From the human T2T-CHM13v2.0 reference genome, Homo sapiens: a stretch of 64,000 nucleotides of DNA. Made by a program: the position numbers and the translations under genes. This document shows, one piece after another, positions 16,372-28,350 of the stretch; positions within the stretch are counted from its first letter, which is position 1; each line of letters begins with the position of its first letter. The DNA lies in NCBI RefSeq assembly GCF_009914755.1, contig NC_060936.1. One strand, given 5' to 3'. Below the pieces are notes generated by a model that worked only from the letters and a program-made list of their open reading frames with translations, ran no database searches and was not told the origin of the DNA.

Positions 16372-19300
16372 ATAGGCAATCTTCCACCCTCCATTCCTCC
16401 TTCTACTCCCTTGGCCTGTGTTCTCAAAAACTTAAAACCTCTTCAACTCACACCTGACCTAAAACCTAAATGCCTTATTTTCTTCTGCAATGCTGCTTGA
16501 CCCCAATACAAACTCGACAGTAGTTCCAAATAGCCAGAAAATGGCACTTTGAATTTTTCCATCCTGCAAGATCTAAATAATTCTTGTTGTAAAATAGGCA
16601 AACGGTCTGAGGTGCCTGATGTCCAGGCATTCTTTTACACATCAGTCCCTTCCTAGTCTCTGTGCGCAGTGCAACTCGTCCCAAATATTCCTTCTTTCCC
16701 TCCCGCCTGTCCCCTCAGTACCAACCCCAAGCATCGCTGAGTCTTTCTAATCTTCCTTTTCTACAGACCCATCTGACCTCTCCCTTGCTCCCCAGGCTGC
16801 TCCTCGCCAGGCCGAGCTAGGTCCCAATTCTTCCTCAGCCTCTGCTCCTCCACCCTATAATCTTTTTATCACCTCCCCTCCTCACACCTGGTCCGGCTTA
16901 CAGTTTTGTTCCGTGACTAGCCCTCCCCCACCTGCCCAGCAATTTCCTCTTAAAAAGGTGGCTGGAGCTAAAGGCATAGTCAAGGTTAATACTCCTTTTT
17001 CTTTATCCCAAATCAGAAGCGTTTAGGCTCTTTTTCATCAAATATAAAAATCCAGCCCAGTTCATGACTTGTTTGGCAGCAACCCTGAGATGCTTTACAG
17101 CCCTAGATGCCAAAATGTCAAAAGGCCGTCTTATTCTCAAAATACATTTTATTACCCAATCTGCTCCTGACATTAAATAAAACTCCAAAAATTAAATTCC
17201 AGCCCTCAAACCCCACAACAGGACTTAATTAACCTCGCCTTCAAGGTGTACAATAATAGAAAAAAGTTGCAATTCCTTGCTTCCACTGTGAGACAAACCC
17301 CAGCCACATCTCCAGCACACAAGAACTTCCAAACGCCTGAACTGCAGTGGCCAGGCATTCCTCCAGAACCTCCTCCCACAGGAGCTTGCTACATGTGCTG
17401 GAAATCTGGCCACTAGGCCAAGGAGTGCCCGCAGCCCGGGATTCCTCCTAAGCCACGTCCCATCTTTGTGGGACCCCACTGAAAATCGGACTGTTCAACT
17501 CACCTGGCAGCCACTCCCAGATCCCCTGGAATTCTGGCCCAAGGCTCTCTGACTGACTCCTTCCCAGATCTTCTCGGCTTAGCGGCTGAAGACTGACACT
17601 GCCCATTCGCCTCGGAAGCCCCCTAGACCATCTCGGATGCCAAGCTTCGGGTAACTCTCACAGTGGAAGGTAAGCCCGTCCCCTTCTTAAGCAATGTGGA
17701 GGCTACCCACTCCACATTACCTTCTTTTCAAGGGCCTGCTTCCCTTGCCACCATAACTGTTGTGGGTATTGACGGCCAGGCTTCTAAACCTCTTAAAACT
17801 CCCCAACTCTGGTGCCAACTTAGACAATACTCTTTTAAGCACTCCTTTTTAGTTATCCCCACCTGCCCAGTTCCCTTATTAGGCTGCGACCCTTTAACTA
17901 AATTATCTGCTTCCCTGACTATTCCTGGACTACAGCTACATCTCATTGCCGCCCTTCTTCACAATCCAAAGCCTCCTTTGCGTCCTCCTCTTGTATCCCC
18001 CCACCTTAACCCACAAGTATAAGATACCTCTACTCCTTCCTTGGCGACCGATCATGCACCCCTTACCATCTCATTAAAACCTAATCACCCTTACCCCACT
18101 CAATGCCAATATCCCATCCCGCAGCACGCTTTAAAAAGATTAAAGCCTGTTATCACTCGCCTGCTACAGCATGGCCTTTTAAAGCCTATAAACTCTCCTT
18201 ATAATTCCCCCATTTTACCTGTCCTAAAACCAGACAAGCCTTACAAGTTAGTTCAGGATCTGCGCCTTATCAACCAAATTGTTTTGCCTATTCACCCTGT
18301 GTTGCCAAACCCATATACTCTCCTATCCTCAATACCTGCCTCTACAACCCATTATTCTGTTCTAGATCTGAAACATGCTTTCTTTACTATTCCTTTGCAC
18401 CCTTAATCCCAGCCTCTCTTTGCTTTCACTTGGACTGACCCTGACACCCATCAAGCTCAGCAAATTACCTAAGCTGTACTGCCACAAAGCTTCACAGACA
18501 GCCCCCATTACTTCAATCAAGCCCAAATTTCTTCCTCATCTGTTACCTATCTCGGCATAATTCTCATAAAAACACACGTGCTCTCCCTGCCAATCGTGTC
18601 CGACTGATCTCTCAAACCCCAGCACCTTCTACAAAACAACAACTCCTTTCCTTCCTAGGTATGGTTAGCGCGGTCAGAATTCTTACACAAGAGCCAGGAC
18701 CACACCCTGTAGCCTTTCTGTCCAAACAACTTGACCTTACTGTTTTAGCCTAGTCCTCATGTCTGCCTGCAGCAGCTGCCACTGCTTTAATAGTTTTGGA
18801 GGCCCTCAAAATCGCAAACTATGCTCAACTCACTCTCTACAGTTCTCATAACTTCCAAAATCTATTTTCTTCCTCATACCTGACGCATATACTTTCTGTG
18901 CCCCGGCTCCTTCAGCTGTACTCACTCTTTAAGTCCCACAATTACCATTGTTCCTGGCCCTGACTTCAATCTGGCCTCCCACGTTATTCCTGATACCACA
19001 CCTGACCCCCATGGCTGTATCTCTCTGATCCACCTGATATTCACCCCATTTCCCTATATTTCCTTCTTTCCTGTTCCTCACCCTGATCACGCTCAGTTTA
19101 TTGATGGCGGTTCCACCAGGCTTAATCGCCACACACCAGCAAAGGCAGATTATACTATAGTATAAGCCACTAGCCCGCCTCTTAGAACCTCTCATTTCCT
19201 TTCCATCGTGGAAATCTGTCCTCAAGTAAATAACTTCTCAGTGTTCCATCTGCTATTCTACTACTCCTCAGGGATTATTCAGGCCCCCTCCCTTCCCTAC

Positions 19301-19830
19301 ACATCAAGCTTGAGGATTTGCCCCACCCAGGACTGGCAAATTAGCTTTACTCAACATGCCCTGAGTCAGATAACTAAAATACCTCTTAGTCTAGGTAGAT
19401 ACTTTCACTGGATAGGTAGAGGCCTTTCCTACAGTGTCTGAGAAGGCCACCGCAGTCATTTCTTCCATTCTGTCAGACATAATTCCTCAGTTTAGCCTTC
19501 CCACCTCAATACAGTCTGATAACAGACGAGCCTTTATTAGTCAAATCAGCCAAGCCATTTTTCAGGCTCTTAGTATTCAGTGAAACCTTTATATCCCTTA
19601 CGGTCCTCCATCTTCAGGAAAGGTAGAATGGACTCGTGGTCTTTTAAAAACACACCTCACCAAGCTCAGCCACCAACTTAAACAGGATTGGATAATACTT
19701 TTACCACTTTCGCTTCTCAGAATTCAGACCTGTCCTCAGAATGCTACAAGGTACAGCCCATTTAAGCTCCTGTATAGACGCTCCTTTTTATTAGGCCCCA
19801 GTCTCATTCGACACCAGACCAACTTAGACT
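16372..19830 (+). pseudogene. Disrupted gag-pro-pol of provirus A
   Basis: Gag start ATG->ATA (IGNLPPSIPP), Zn knuckle interrupted by TAG, protease-like ORF 17663..18022, RT ORF 18041..18406 (YSVLDLKHAFFTIPL), YxDD region missing, integrase remnants; many stops. Confidence 0.9.
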
Positions 19831-20290
19831 GTGCCCCAAAAAAACTTGTCATCCCTACTATCTTTTGTCTAGTCATACTCCTATTTACCGTTCTCAACTA
19901 CTCATAAATGCCCTGCTCTTGTTTACACTGCCGGTTTACACTGTTTCTCCAAGCCATCACAGCTGATATATACCTTTTATACCTTTATTTCTCCTTCTCT
20001 TATTCCATGTAGTTTTTCAGTTCATACAAAACCGTATCCAGGCCATCACCAATCATTCTATACGACAAATGTTTCTTCTAACAACCCCACAATATCACCC
20101 CTTACCACAAGACCTCCCTTCAGCTTAATCTCTCCCACTCTAGGTTCCCACGCCGCCCCTAATCCCGCTTGAAGCAGCCCTGAGAAACATCGCCCATTCT
20201 CTCTCCTTACCACCCCCCAAAAATTTTCGCCGCCCCAACACTTCAACACTATTTTGTTTTATTTTTCTTATTAATATAAGAAGGCAGGAA

Positions 20291-20740
20291 TGTCAGGCCT
20301 CTGAGCCCATGCCAAGCCATCGCATCCCCTGTGACTTCCACGTATAGGCCCAGATGGCCTGAAGTAACTGAAGAATCACAAAAGAAGTGAATATGCCCTG
20401 CCCCACCTTAACTGATGACATTCCACCACAGAAGAAGTGTAAATGGCTGGTCCTTGCCTTAAGTGATGACATTACCTTGTGAAAGTCCTTTTCCTGGCTC
20501 ATCTGGCTCAAAAAGCACCCCCACTGAGCACCTTGCGACCCCCACTCCTGCCTGCCAGAGAACAAACCCCGTTTGACTGTAATTTTCCTTTACCTACCCA
20601 AATCCTATAAAACGGCCCACCCCATCTCCCTTCACTGACTCTCTTTTCAGACTCAGCCCGCCTGCACCCAGATGAAATAAACAGCCTTGTTGCTCACACA
20701 AAGCCTGTTTGGTGGTCTCTTCACACGGACGCGCATGAAA
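20291..20740 (+). terminator. 3' LTR7 of provirus A with intact AATAAA (20676-20681); distal part B-like
   Basis: Full ~450-bp LTR with visible hexamer; diagnostic positions discussed under findings. Confidence 0.8.
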
Positions 20741-20753
20741 GATATTATATGAG

Positions 20754-23700
20754 TTTCTATATGAATTTCATGCATTTACACTTCTTTTGTGGTGGAATGT
20801 CATCAGTTAAGGCAGGAACTGGCCATCTGGATGTGTATGTGCAGGTCACAGAGGATATGATGGCTTAGCTTGGGCTCAGAGGCCTGACATTCCTGTCTTC
20901 TTATATTAATAAGAAAAATAAAGTGAAATAGAGGTAAAATGTTGGGACGGTGAAAATTTTTGGGGGGTGGTATGGAGAGATAATGGGCAATGTTTCTCAG
21001 GGCTGCTTCGAGCGGGATTAGGGGTGGTGTGGGAACCTAGAGTGGGAGAGATTAAGCTGAAGGAAGATTTTGTGGTAAGGGGTGATATTGTGGGGTTGTG
21101 AGAAGAAACATTTGTCATTTAGAATTATTGGTGATGGCCTGGATACGGTTTTGTATGAATTGAAAAACTAAATGGAATAAGAGAAGGAGAAAAACAGGTA
21201 TAAAGGTCTAAGAACTGGGAGGACCTAGGACATTTAATTAGAGAGTGCCTAAGGAGATTCAGCATAGCCCTGCCAGCAGAGATTATTTATTTGCTTCAAG
21301 AGTTAAGAGTGGCAGTTTGGGGATAGCACCAGGAGATATCAACTGTGGTGGCTTAGAGAAATAGTGTAAACTGGCAGTGTAAACAAGAGCAGGGCATGTA
21401 TGAGTAGTTGAGAATGGCGAATAGGAGTATGACTAGACAGAATATACTAGGGATGACAAGTGTTTTGGGGCAGAGTCCAAGTTGGTCTGGTGTCTGGAAT
21501 GAGACTGGGGCCTAATAAAAAGGAGCATCTATACTGGAGCTTAAATGGGCTGTACCCTGTAGCATTCTGAGGACAGGCCTGAATTCTGAGAAGGGAAATT
21601 GGTAAAAGTATTGTCTAGTCCTTTTTAAGTTGGTGGATGAACTTGGTGAGGTATGTTTTTAAAAGACCACGAGTCCATTCTACCTTTCCTGAAGACTGAG
21701 TACTGTAAGGGATATAAAGGTTTCACTGAATACCAAGAGCCTGAAAAAAATGCTTGGCTGATTTGACTAATAAAGGCCGGTCTGCTATCAGACTGTATAG
21801 AGGTGGGAAGGCCAAACCGAGGAATTATGTCTGACAGAAGGGAAGAAATGACCGTGGTGGACTTCTTAGACCCTGTGGGAAAGGCCTCTACCTATCCAGT
21901 GAAAGTGTCTACCTAGACCAAGAGGTATTTTAGTTTCCTGACTTGGGGCATGTTGAGTAAAGCTAATTTGCCAGTCCTGGGCGGGGGCAAATCCCTGAGC
22001 TTTATGTGTAGGGAAGGCAGGGGGCCGGAATAATCCCTGAGAAGTAGTAGAATAGCAGATGGAACACTGAGAAGTTATTTCTTTGAGGATAGATTTCCAC
22101 GATGGAAAGGAAATGAGAGGTTCTAAGAGGCGGGCTAGTGGCTTGTACTATAGCATAGCCTGCCTTTGCTGGTGTGTGGTGATTAGGCCTGGTGGAACTG
22201 CCATCAATAAACTGAGCGTGATCAGGGTGAGGAACAGGAAAGAAGGAAATATGGGGAAATGGGATGAATGTCAGGTGGATCAGAGAGATACAGCCATGGG
22301 GGTCAGGTGTGGTATCAGGAATAATGTGGGAGGCCAGATTGAAGTCTGGGCCAGGAACAATGGTAATTGTGGGAGATTTAACAAAGAGTGAGTACAGCTG
22401 AAGGAACCAGGGAGCGGAAACTATATGTGTCAGGTGTGAGGAAGAAAATAGATTTTGGAAGTTATGAGAACTGTAGAGAGTGAGTTGAGTATAGTTTGTG
22501 ATTTTAAGGGCCTCTAAAATTATTAGGGCAGTGGCGGCCACTGCACGCAGACTTGAGGGCTAGGCAAAACAGTAAGGTCAAGTTTTGGATAAAAAGGCTA
22601 CAGGGCACGGTCCCGGTTCTTGTGTAAGAATTCTGACTACACAGCCTTGCACTTCAGCTGTGGATAATGAAAAGGGTTGGGATCAGTCAGGGAGAGCTAG
22701 GGTGGGGGCAGTTTCTAAAGCTGTCTTCAAGGAACAGATAGAGGAGTGGGGGAAAGGATTTAGGGTCTATGGGGTCAGCTAGGTTTCCTTTTGTGAGTTA
22801 TATAATGGTTTTGTTAGGATGGCAAAACCAGGTATCTAAAGTCGAAAGTATCAAGCCATTCCTAGGAAGGAAAAGAGTTGTTATTTTGTAGAAGGTGCTG
22901 GAGTTTGAGACATCAGTCGGACATGATCGGCAGGGAAAGCACATGTGTTTTTATGAGAATTATGCCAAGATAGGTAACAGATGAGGAAGAAATTTGGGCT
23001 TGACTGAAGTAATGGGGGCTGTCAGTGAAGCTTTGCGGCAGTATAGCCCAGGTAATTTGCTGAGCCTGATGAGTGTCAGGGTCAGTCCAAGTGAAAGCGA
23101 AGAGAGGCTGGGATGAAGGATGCAAAGGAATAGTAAAGAAAGCATGTTTCAGATCCAGAACAGAATAATAGGTTGTGGAGGGAGGTATTGAGGATAGGAG
23201 AGTATATGGGTTTGGCACCATGGGGTGGATAGGCAAAACAAATTGGTTGATAAGGCGCAGATCCTGAACTACTAACCTGTAAGTCTTGTCTGGTTTTAGG
23301 ACAGGTAAAATGGGGAATTGTAAGGGGAGTTTATAGGCTTTAAAAGGCCATACTGCAGCAGGCGAATGACAACAGACCTTAATCCTTTTAAAGCGTCCTG
23401 TGGGATGGGATATTGCCATTGAGTGGGGTAAGGGTGATTAGGTTTTAATGAGATGGTAAGGGGTGCATGATCAGTCGCCAAGGAAGGAGTAGAGGTATCC
23501 GAAACTTGTGGGCTAAGGTGGGGAGATACAAGGGGAGGATGTGAAGGAGTCTTTGAACTGGGGGAAAAGGCAGCAATGAGGTGTGGCTGTAGCCCAGGAA
23601 TAGTCAGGGAAGCAGATAATTTAGTTAAAGTGTCTCGGCCTAATAAGGGAACTGGGCAGGTGGGGATAACTAAAAAGGAGTGCTTAAATGAGTATTGTCT

Positions 23701-26080
23701 AAGTTGGCACCAGAGTTGGGGAGTTTTAAGAGGTTTAGAAGCCTGGCTGTCAATAACCACAACAGTTATGGAGGCAAGGGAAACAGGCCCTTGAGAAGAA
23801 GGTAATGTGTGGAGTGGGTAGCCTCTGTATTAAGAAGGGGACGGACTTACCTTCCATTGTGAGAGTTACCCGAAGCTCGGCGTCCCTGATGGTTTAGGGG
23901 GCTTCTGAGGCAATCAGGCAGTGTCAGCCTTCAGCCGCTAAGCCAAGAAGATCTGGGAAGGAGTCAGAGAGCCTTGGGCCAGAGTTCCAGGGCTCTGGGA
24001 GTGGCTGCCAGGTGAGTTGAACAGTCCGATTTTCAGTGGGGTCCCGCAGAGATGGGACGCGGCTTAGGAGGAATCCCCGACTGTGGGCATTTCTTGGCCC
24101 AGTGGCCAGATTTCTGGCACTTGTAGCAAGCTCCTGTGGGAGGAGGTTCTGGAGGAACGCCTGGCCACTGTGGTTCAGGTGTTTGGAAGTTCTTGTGTGC
24201 TGGAGATGTGGCTGGGGTTTGTCTCAGAGTGGAAGCGAGGAATTGCAACTTTTTTCTATTATTGTACATCTTGAAAGCTAGGTTAATTAAGTCCTGTTGT
24301 GGGGTTTGAGGGCTGGAATTTAATTTTTGGAGCTTTATTTAAAGGCAGGAGCAGATTGGGTAATAAAATGTATATTGAGAATAAGACGGCCTTTTGACCT
24401 TTTAGGGTCTAGGGCTGTAAAGCATCTCAGGGTTGCTGCCAAATGAGCCATGAAGTGGGCTGGGTTTTTCATATTTGATGAAAAAGAGCCTAAATGCTAA
24501 CTGATTTGGGAGAGGTCGGATAAAGAAAAAGGAGCATTAACCTTGACTATGCGTTTAGCTCCAGCCACATTTTTAAGAGGAAATTGCTGGGCAGGTGGGG
24601 GAGGGCTAGTCGTGGAATGAAACTGTAAGCCAGATAGGGTGTGAGGGGGGGAGGTCATAAAAAGATTATTGAGTGGAGGAGCAGAGCCTGAGGAAGAATT
24701 GGGACCTAGCTCGGCCTGGTGAGGAGCAGCCTGGGGAGGAGGGGAGAGGTCAGATGGGTCTGTAGAAGAGGAAGATTAGGAAGACTCAGCGATGCTTGGG
24801 GTTGGGACTGGGGACAGGCGAGAGGGAAAGAAGGAGGATTTGGGATGATTCACATTGGGAACAGAGACTAGGGAGGGAACAATGTGTAAAAGAATGCCTG
24901 GACGTCAGACCATTTGCCCATTTTACAACAAGAATTATTTAGATCTTGTAGGATGGAAAAATTGAAAGTGCCGTTTTCTGGCTATTTGTAACCACTGTCA
25001 AGTTTGTACTGGGGTCAAGCAGCATTGTAGAAGAAAATAAGGCATTTAGGCTTTAGGTCAGGTGTGACTTGAAGAGGTTTTAAGTTCTTAAGAACACAGG
25101 CTAAGGGAGAAGAAGGAGGAGAAGAAGGAAGGTTGCCCATAGTAAAGGAGGCAAGTTTAAAGAGAAGTGTAGAGACAGGGAGAAGGGGGTGGGGAGCAGC
25201 CCTGGGCTGCAACATGGGTGATCAGCCAAAGCAGGCGTCCCCGCAATTGACTTGCCACCAAGGGAACGTGGGTGAATGATCAAGGCAGGCATCCCCATGG
25301 AGATCAGACACCAATGGAAAATGGGTGAATAGTCAGAGAAGAGTCCCCGCAGTGATTCAACACCAAGGGAAGGCTGCCTTCCCAAGTCCGTGACCGGCGC
25401 CGGAGTTTTGGGTCCATGGATAAAATGTGTCTCCTTTGTCTCTACCAGAAAATGAAAGGAATTGAAATTAAGAGAAGGGAGAGATTGAAGTGTGGCGCCA
25501 AGATTGAAAGGAGAAAGAGGTTGAGGGATAGTGAGGGAGGTTGGAGAAGAGAGTAAAAAGAGGCTGCTTACCCGATTTAAAATTGGTGAGATGTTCCTTG
25601 GGCTGGTCGGCCTGAAGACCAGAGGTCATAGGTGGATCTTTCTCATGTAACAAACAGCAGGAGGACAGGGGATTGATCTCCCAAGGTATGTCCCCCGATC
25701 TGAGTCACAGCACCAAATTTCTCTCCCGTCCCTGTGAAGAGACCACCAAACAGGCTTTACATGAGCAACAAGGTGTTTATTTCACCTGGGTGCAGGCGGG
25801 CTGAGTCTGAAAAGAGAGTCAGTGAAGGGAGATAGGGGTGGGGCCGTTTTATAGGATTTGGGTAGGTAAAGGAAAATTACAGTCAAAGGGGGTTGTTCTA
25901 TGGCAGGTAGGGGTGGGGGGTCACAAGGTGCTCAGTGGGGGAACTTTTTGAGCCAGGATGAGCCAGGAAAAGGAATTTCACAAGATAATGTCATCAGTTA
26001 AGGCAGGAACCGGCCATCTGGAAGTGTATGTGCAGGTCACAGGGGATATGATGGCTTAGCTTGGGCTCAGAGACCTGACA
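20754..26080 (-). mobile_element. HERV-H provirus B; 5' LTR 25718-26080, internally deleted 3' LTR ~20754-20889
   Basis: Minus strand TGTCAGGTCTC… LTR, His PBS 25698-25715, splice donor near 25570, gag ATG at 25140 (MGNLPSS), PPT 20890-20902. Confidence 0.97.
21500..25140 (-). pseudogene. Disrupted gag-pro-pol of provirus B
   Basis: CCHC knuckle CYKCQKSGHWAKKC (ORF 24033..24269), protease/RT ORFs 23296..23760 and 22913..23419 (YSVLDLKHAFFTIPL, LPQSFTDSP), RNaseH-start ORF 22002..22541 (FIDGSS); frameshifts and stops. Confidence 0.9.
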
Positions 26081-27786
26081 GTATCACCTAGGACTAAGGA
26101 CCCACTATTGGATTAAGGCAGTATAACAAGGGGCATGTGATCATGAGTTCCAAAGGTCAGAAACTGTTAGCCTTATAGTGTTGGAAAAGCCTCTCAAAGT
26201 GCACATAAGGTGTCATCTGGAAAGGACATCCTTCAGTATTAAGCATTGTTCTTCAAAATGCAGTATATACTTTAAATCAATGGTCATTTTATGCTACTGT
26301 GATGTAAATAGCTAAAGTACATGAGTCTATGAAACAAGTGGTGGAAGTACAATAGAATGTCTCCAACTCAACATTACTCCTCTTTATTCTTGTCCTTACA
26401 ATTTATTCCTATAAGACTAAAATTTTTGGTTCCTTTATGAGGTAAGGGGAGGGATGGGGGTACAAGTGGGAGCATAGTGAATGTTCAATTAAATACAAGC
26501 TGAAGCTGCTACCTGATGATTTTAGGTTTCTTATGCCAGCAGACCAACAGGCAAATAAAGGAATGACTATACTGCCAGGAGTAGTTGACCTGATTGTTAC
26601 ATAGACACCATGATGCTGTAACATATTTGGGCAGTGAAAAGTATTTCAGGACTCAGAAGATTTAGTAGGTTGCCTCTTGCTGCTTTCATTTGCAATGATA
26701 ATCGTAAATGAGAATTGCAGTAAACAAGGTTTGACAAGGGCACAGTGACCAGGGGCTCAGATACCTCATGATAAAGGTCTGGGATACCCACCAAACATGC
26801 AATCTAGGATAACAGAATAATGTTCAAGGGTGAGAAAAATCTAGAATGAGTGCCAAAAACAGAGAATAAATACCTAAAATAGTAGCTTGTCCCATGAAGT
26901 TTCCTGACTTATAAGTAATTTTTCTTTTTTTTCCCCTAGAAATTTTGACTGTCCACTAGCCTAAAGATGAAGTGATAGCTCTTAGTAATATAACCTTGGC
27001 ATGTGAGTAGATCTGAACAATGCAAGATGTGGACATTAGCAGAAACTGTTGGCACTCGTCTAATATTCCCTTAGCATTATTGTTCCCATACATTGTCTCT
27101 TGCATCTGAAAACACCTCTGACTCTATGTGAGGGCTTCCTCTCCAACCTCCCACAGAGCAGGCCATAAGTGTTACGCTTCAGCAAGTAGCAGGTGAGATT
27201 TGGAAGATACATACGCCAGTATCCTTACCTCTCCATGGAAAGCAACTCTGAGGCTGGATTAATCTCAGTTTTCCTGTCTGAATGAGGCTCAGATGTCCAC
27301 AGAGATCATGTGCTTAATAATAATCCTTTTATTGTCTTTCTTCCCTTCCCTGTCTCCTTTCCTCATTCCTCTCTTGGTTTTTCCTGGAATTAGCTCTAGT
27401 AAAAGACCTGCACTGAAATCTTTATCCTAGGGTCTCATTTCAGAAAAGTTCAGCTTTAACATAATACATTTTTCATGCCACAATACTTTACATTCTGTTT
27501 TGTCATTACAATTAGTATTAAAGGCTTTGTTTAAAAATAAAAAAAAAAACCCAAAGGGAAAGCACAAAGCCAAAAGGCACTAAACAGAGGTCACATGATT
27601 AAGATCAGTGATATATTGTTTGCTACATGACAACATAGGACCATAATTTCTTTTCCTTGTGTCCAATGTTAAGGCTTCTAAGCCACTTAAAGAAAAAATC
27701 TGAAATACAATTGATTCTCTTTTCTCACATTGCATCAATTTGCTTTAAAAATATACATTTTGATTTATTTTACATATTAATTTCAG

Positions 27787-28350
27787 GTGTTGGAGCTCAG
27801 GAAATGATAGCCCAAAATATGCCACTTTGCATTTCAAACCAAGAGCACCTTAAGAGCAGCAAATGCAGGAAAGGACTTTTTTTGAAGTTCCCTTATGTGA
27901 CTAAGGGAAGTTCCTCTAGAAGGAATGCAATTGTCATGAGCCCCCATCCCTATTGTCTCATCAAACTGGAAAGATTAACTCATAGGAAAGGATACTCAAG
28001 GTCCACATCATCTATTCTTCTGACAACTGCTACCTCAGAAATTATATTTACGTTACGAGGCAACTTTTGTTCATCATGCATTTCCTCCCCTAACCCTCCC
28101 ATAGCTTATGTTGCCAACTCCCCTTGAGAAACCCCAAGCCCCTATTTCTTTCTGCAGCTCAAAATGCTATTTAAGCTTCAACCATCTGGCCTTTCTTTGA
28201 GTCTCATATTTTGTGTGGATCCCATGCATATGTGCACATAATAAATTTGTAAGTCTTTTCTCCTATTAATCTGTCTGCTGTCAGTTTGTTCCAGAGACTC
28301 AAATTACCAAAACTTCAGAAAGTGGAAGAAAAGTTTCCCTCCCCTCTGCA
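27787..28350 (+). mobile_element. ERV1 LTR (MER34/MER39 group)
   Basis: Starts TGTTGGAGCTCAGGAAATGATAGCCCAAAATATG, AATAAA near 28240, followed by a PBS-like and leader sequence. Confidence 0.7.

Larger units (their letters stand above)
14991..20740 (+). mobile_element. HERV-H provirus A (common deleted ~5.7 kb form), LTR7 at both ends
   Basis: LTRs TGTCAGGCC…GCATGAAA at 14991-15443 and 20291-20740, His PBS, PPT AAGAAGGCAGGAA 20278-20290, decayed gag/pro/pol. Confidence 0.98.

Noticed and set aside
15783-16500. Pro/Ser/Leu-rich ORFs and a short tandem array that might look CRISPR-like
   Set aside because: CT-rich tandem repeats of the HERV-H leader; no constant repeat with unique spacers, no cas genes, eukaryotic DNA
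15446-25715. Both PBSs carry the same two substitutions
   Set aside because: Both are CpG transitions and can recur independently; too weak to count as conversion evidence
14991-26080. Fold-back duplication of a single provirus
   Set aside because: Different LTR types, different pol deletions and leaders, and two separate TSD pairs
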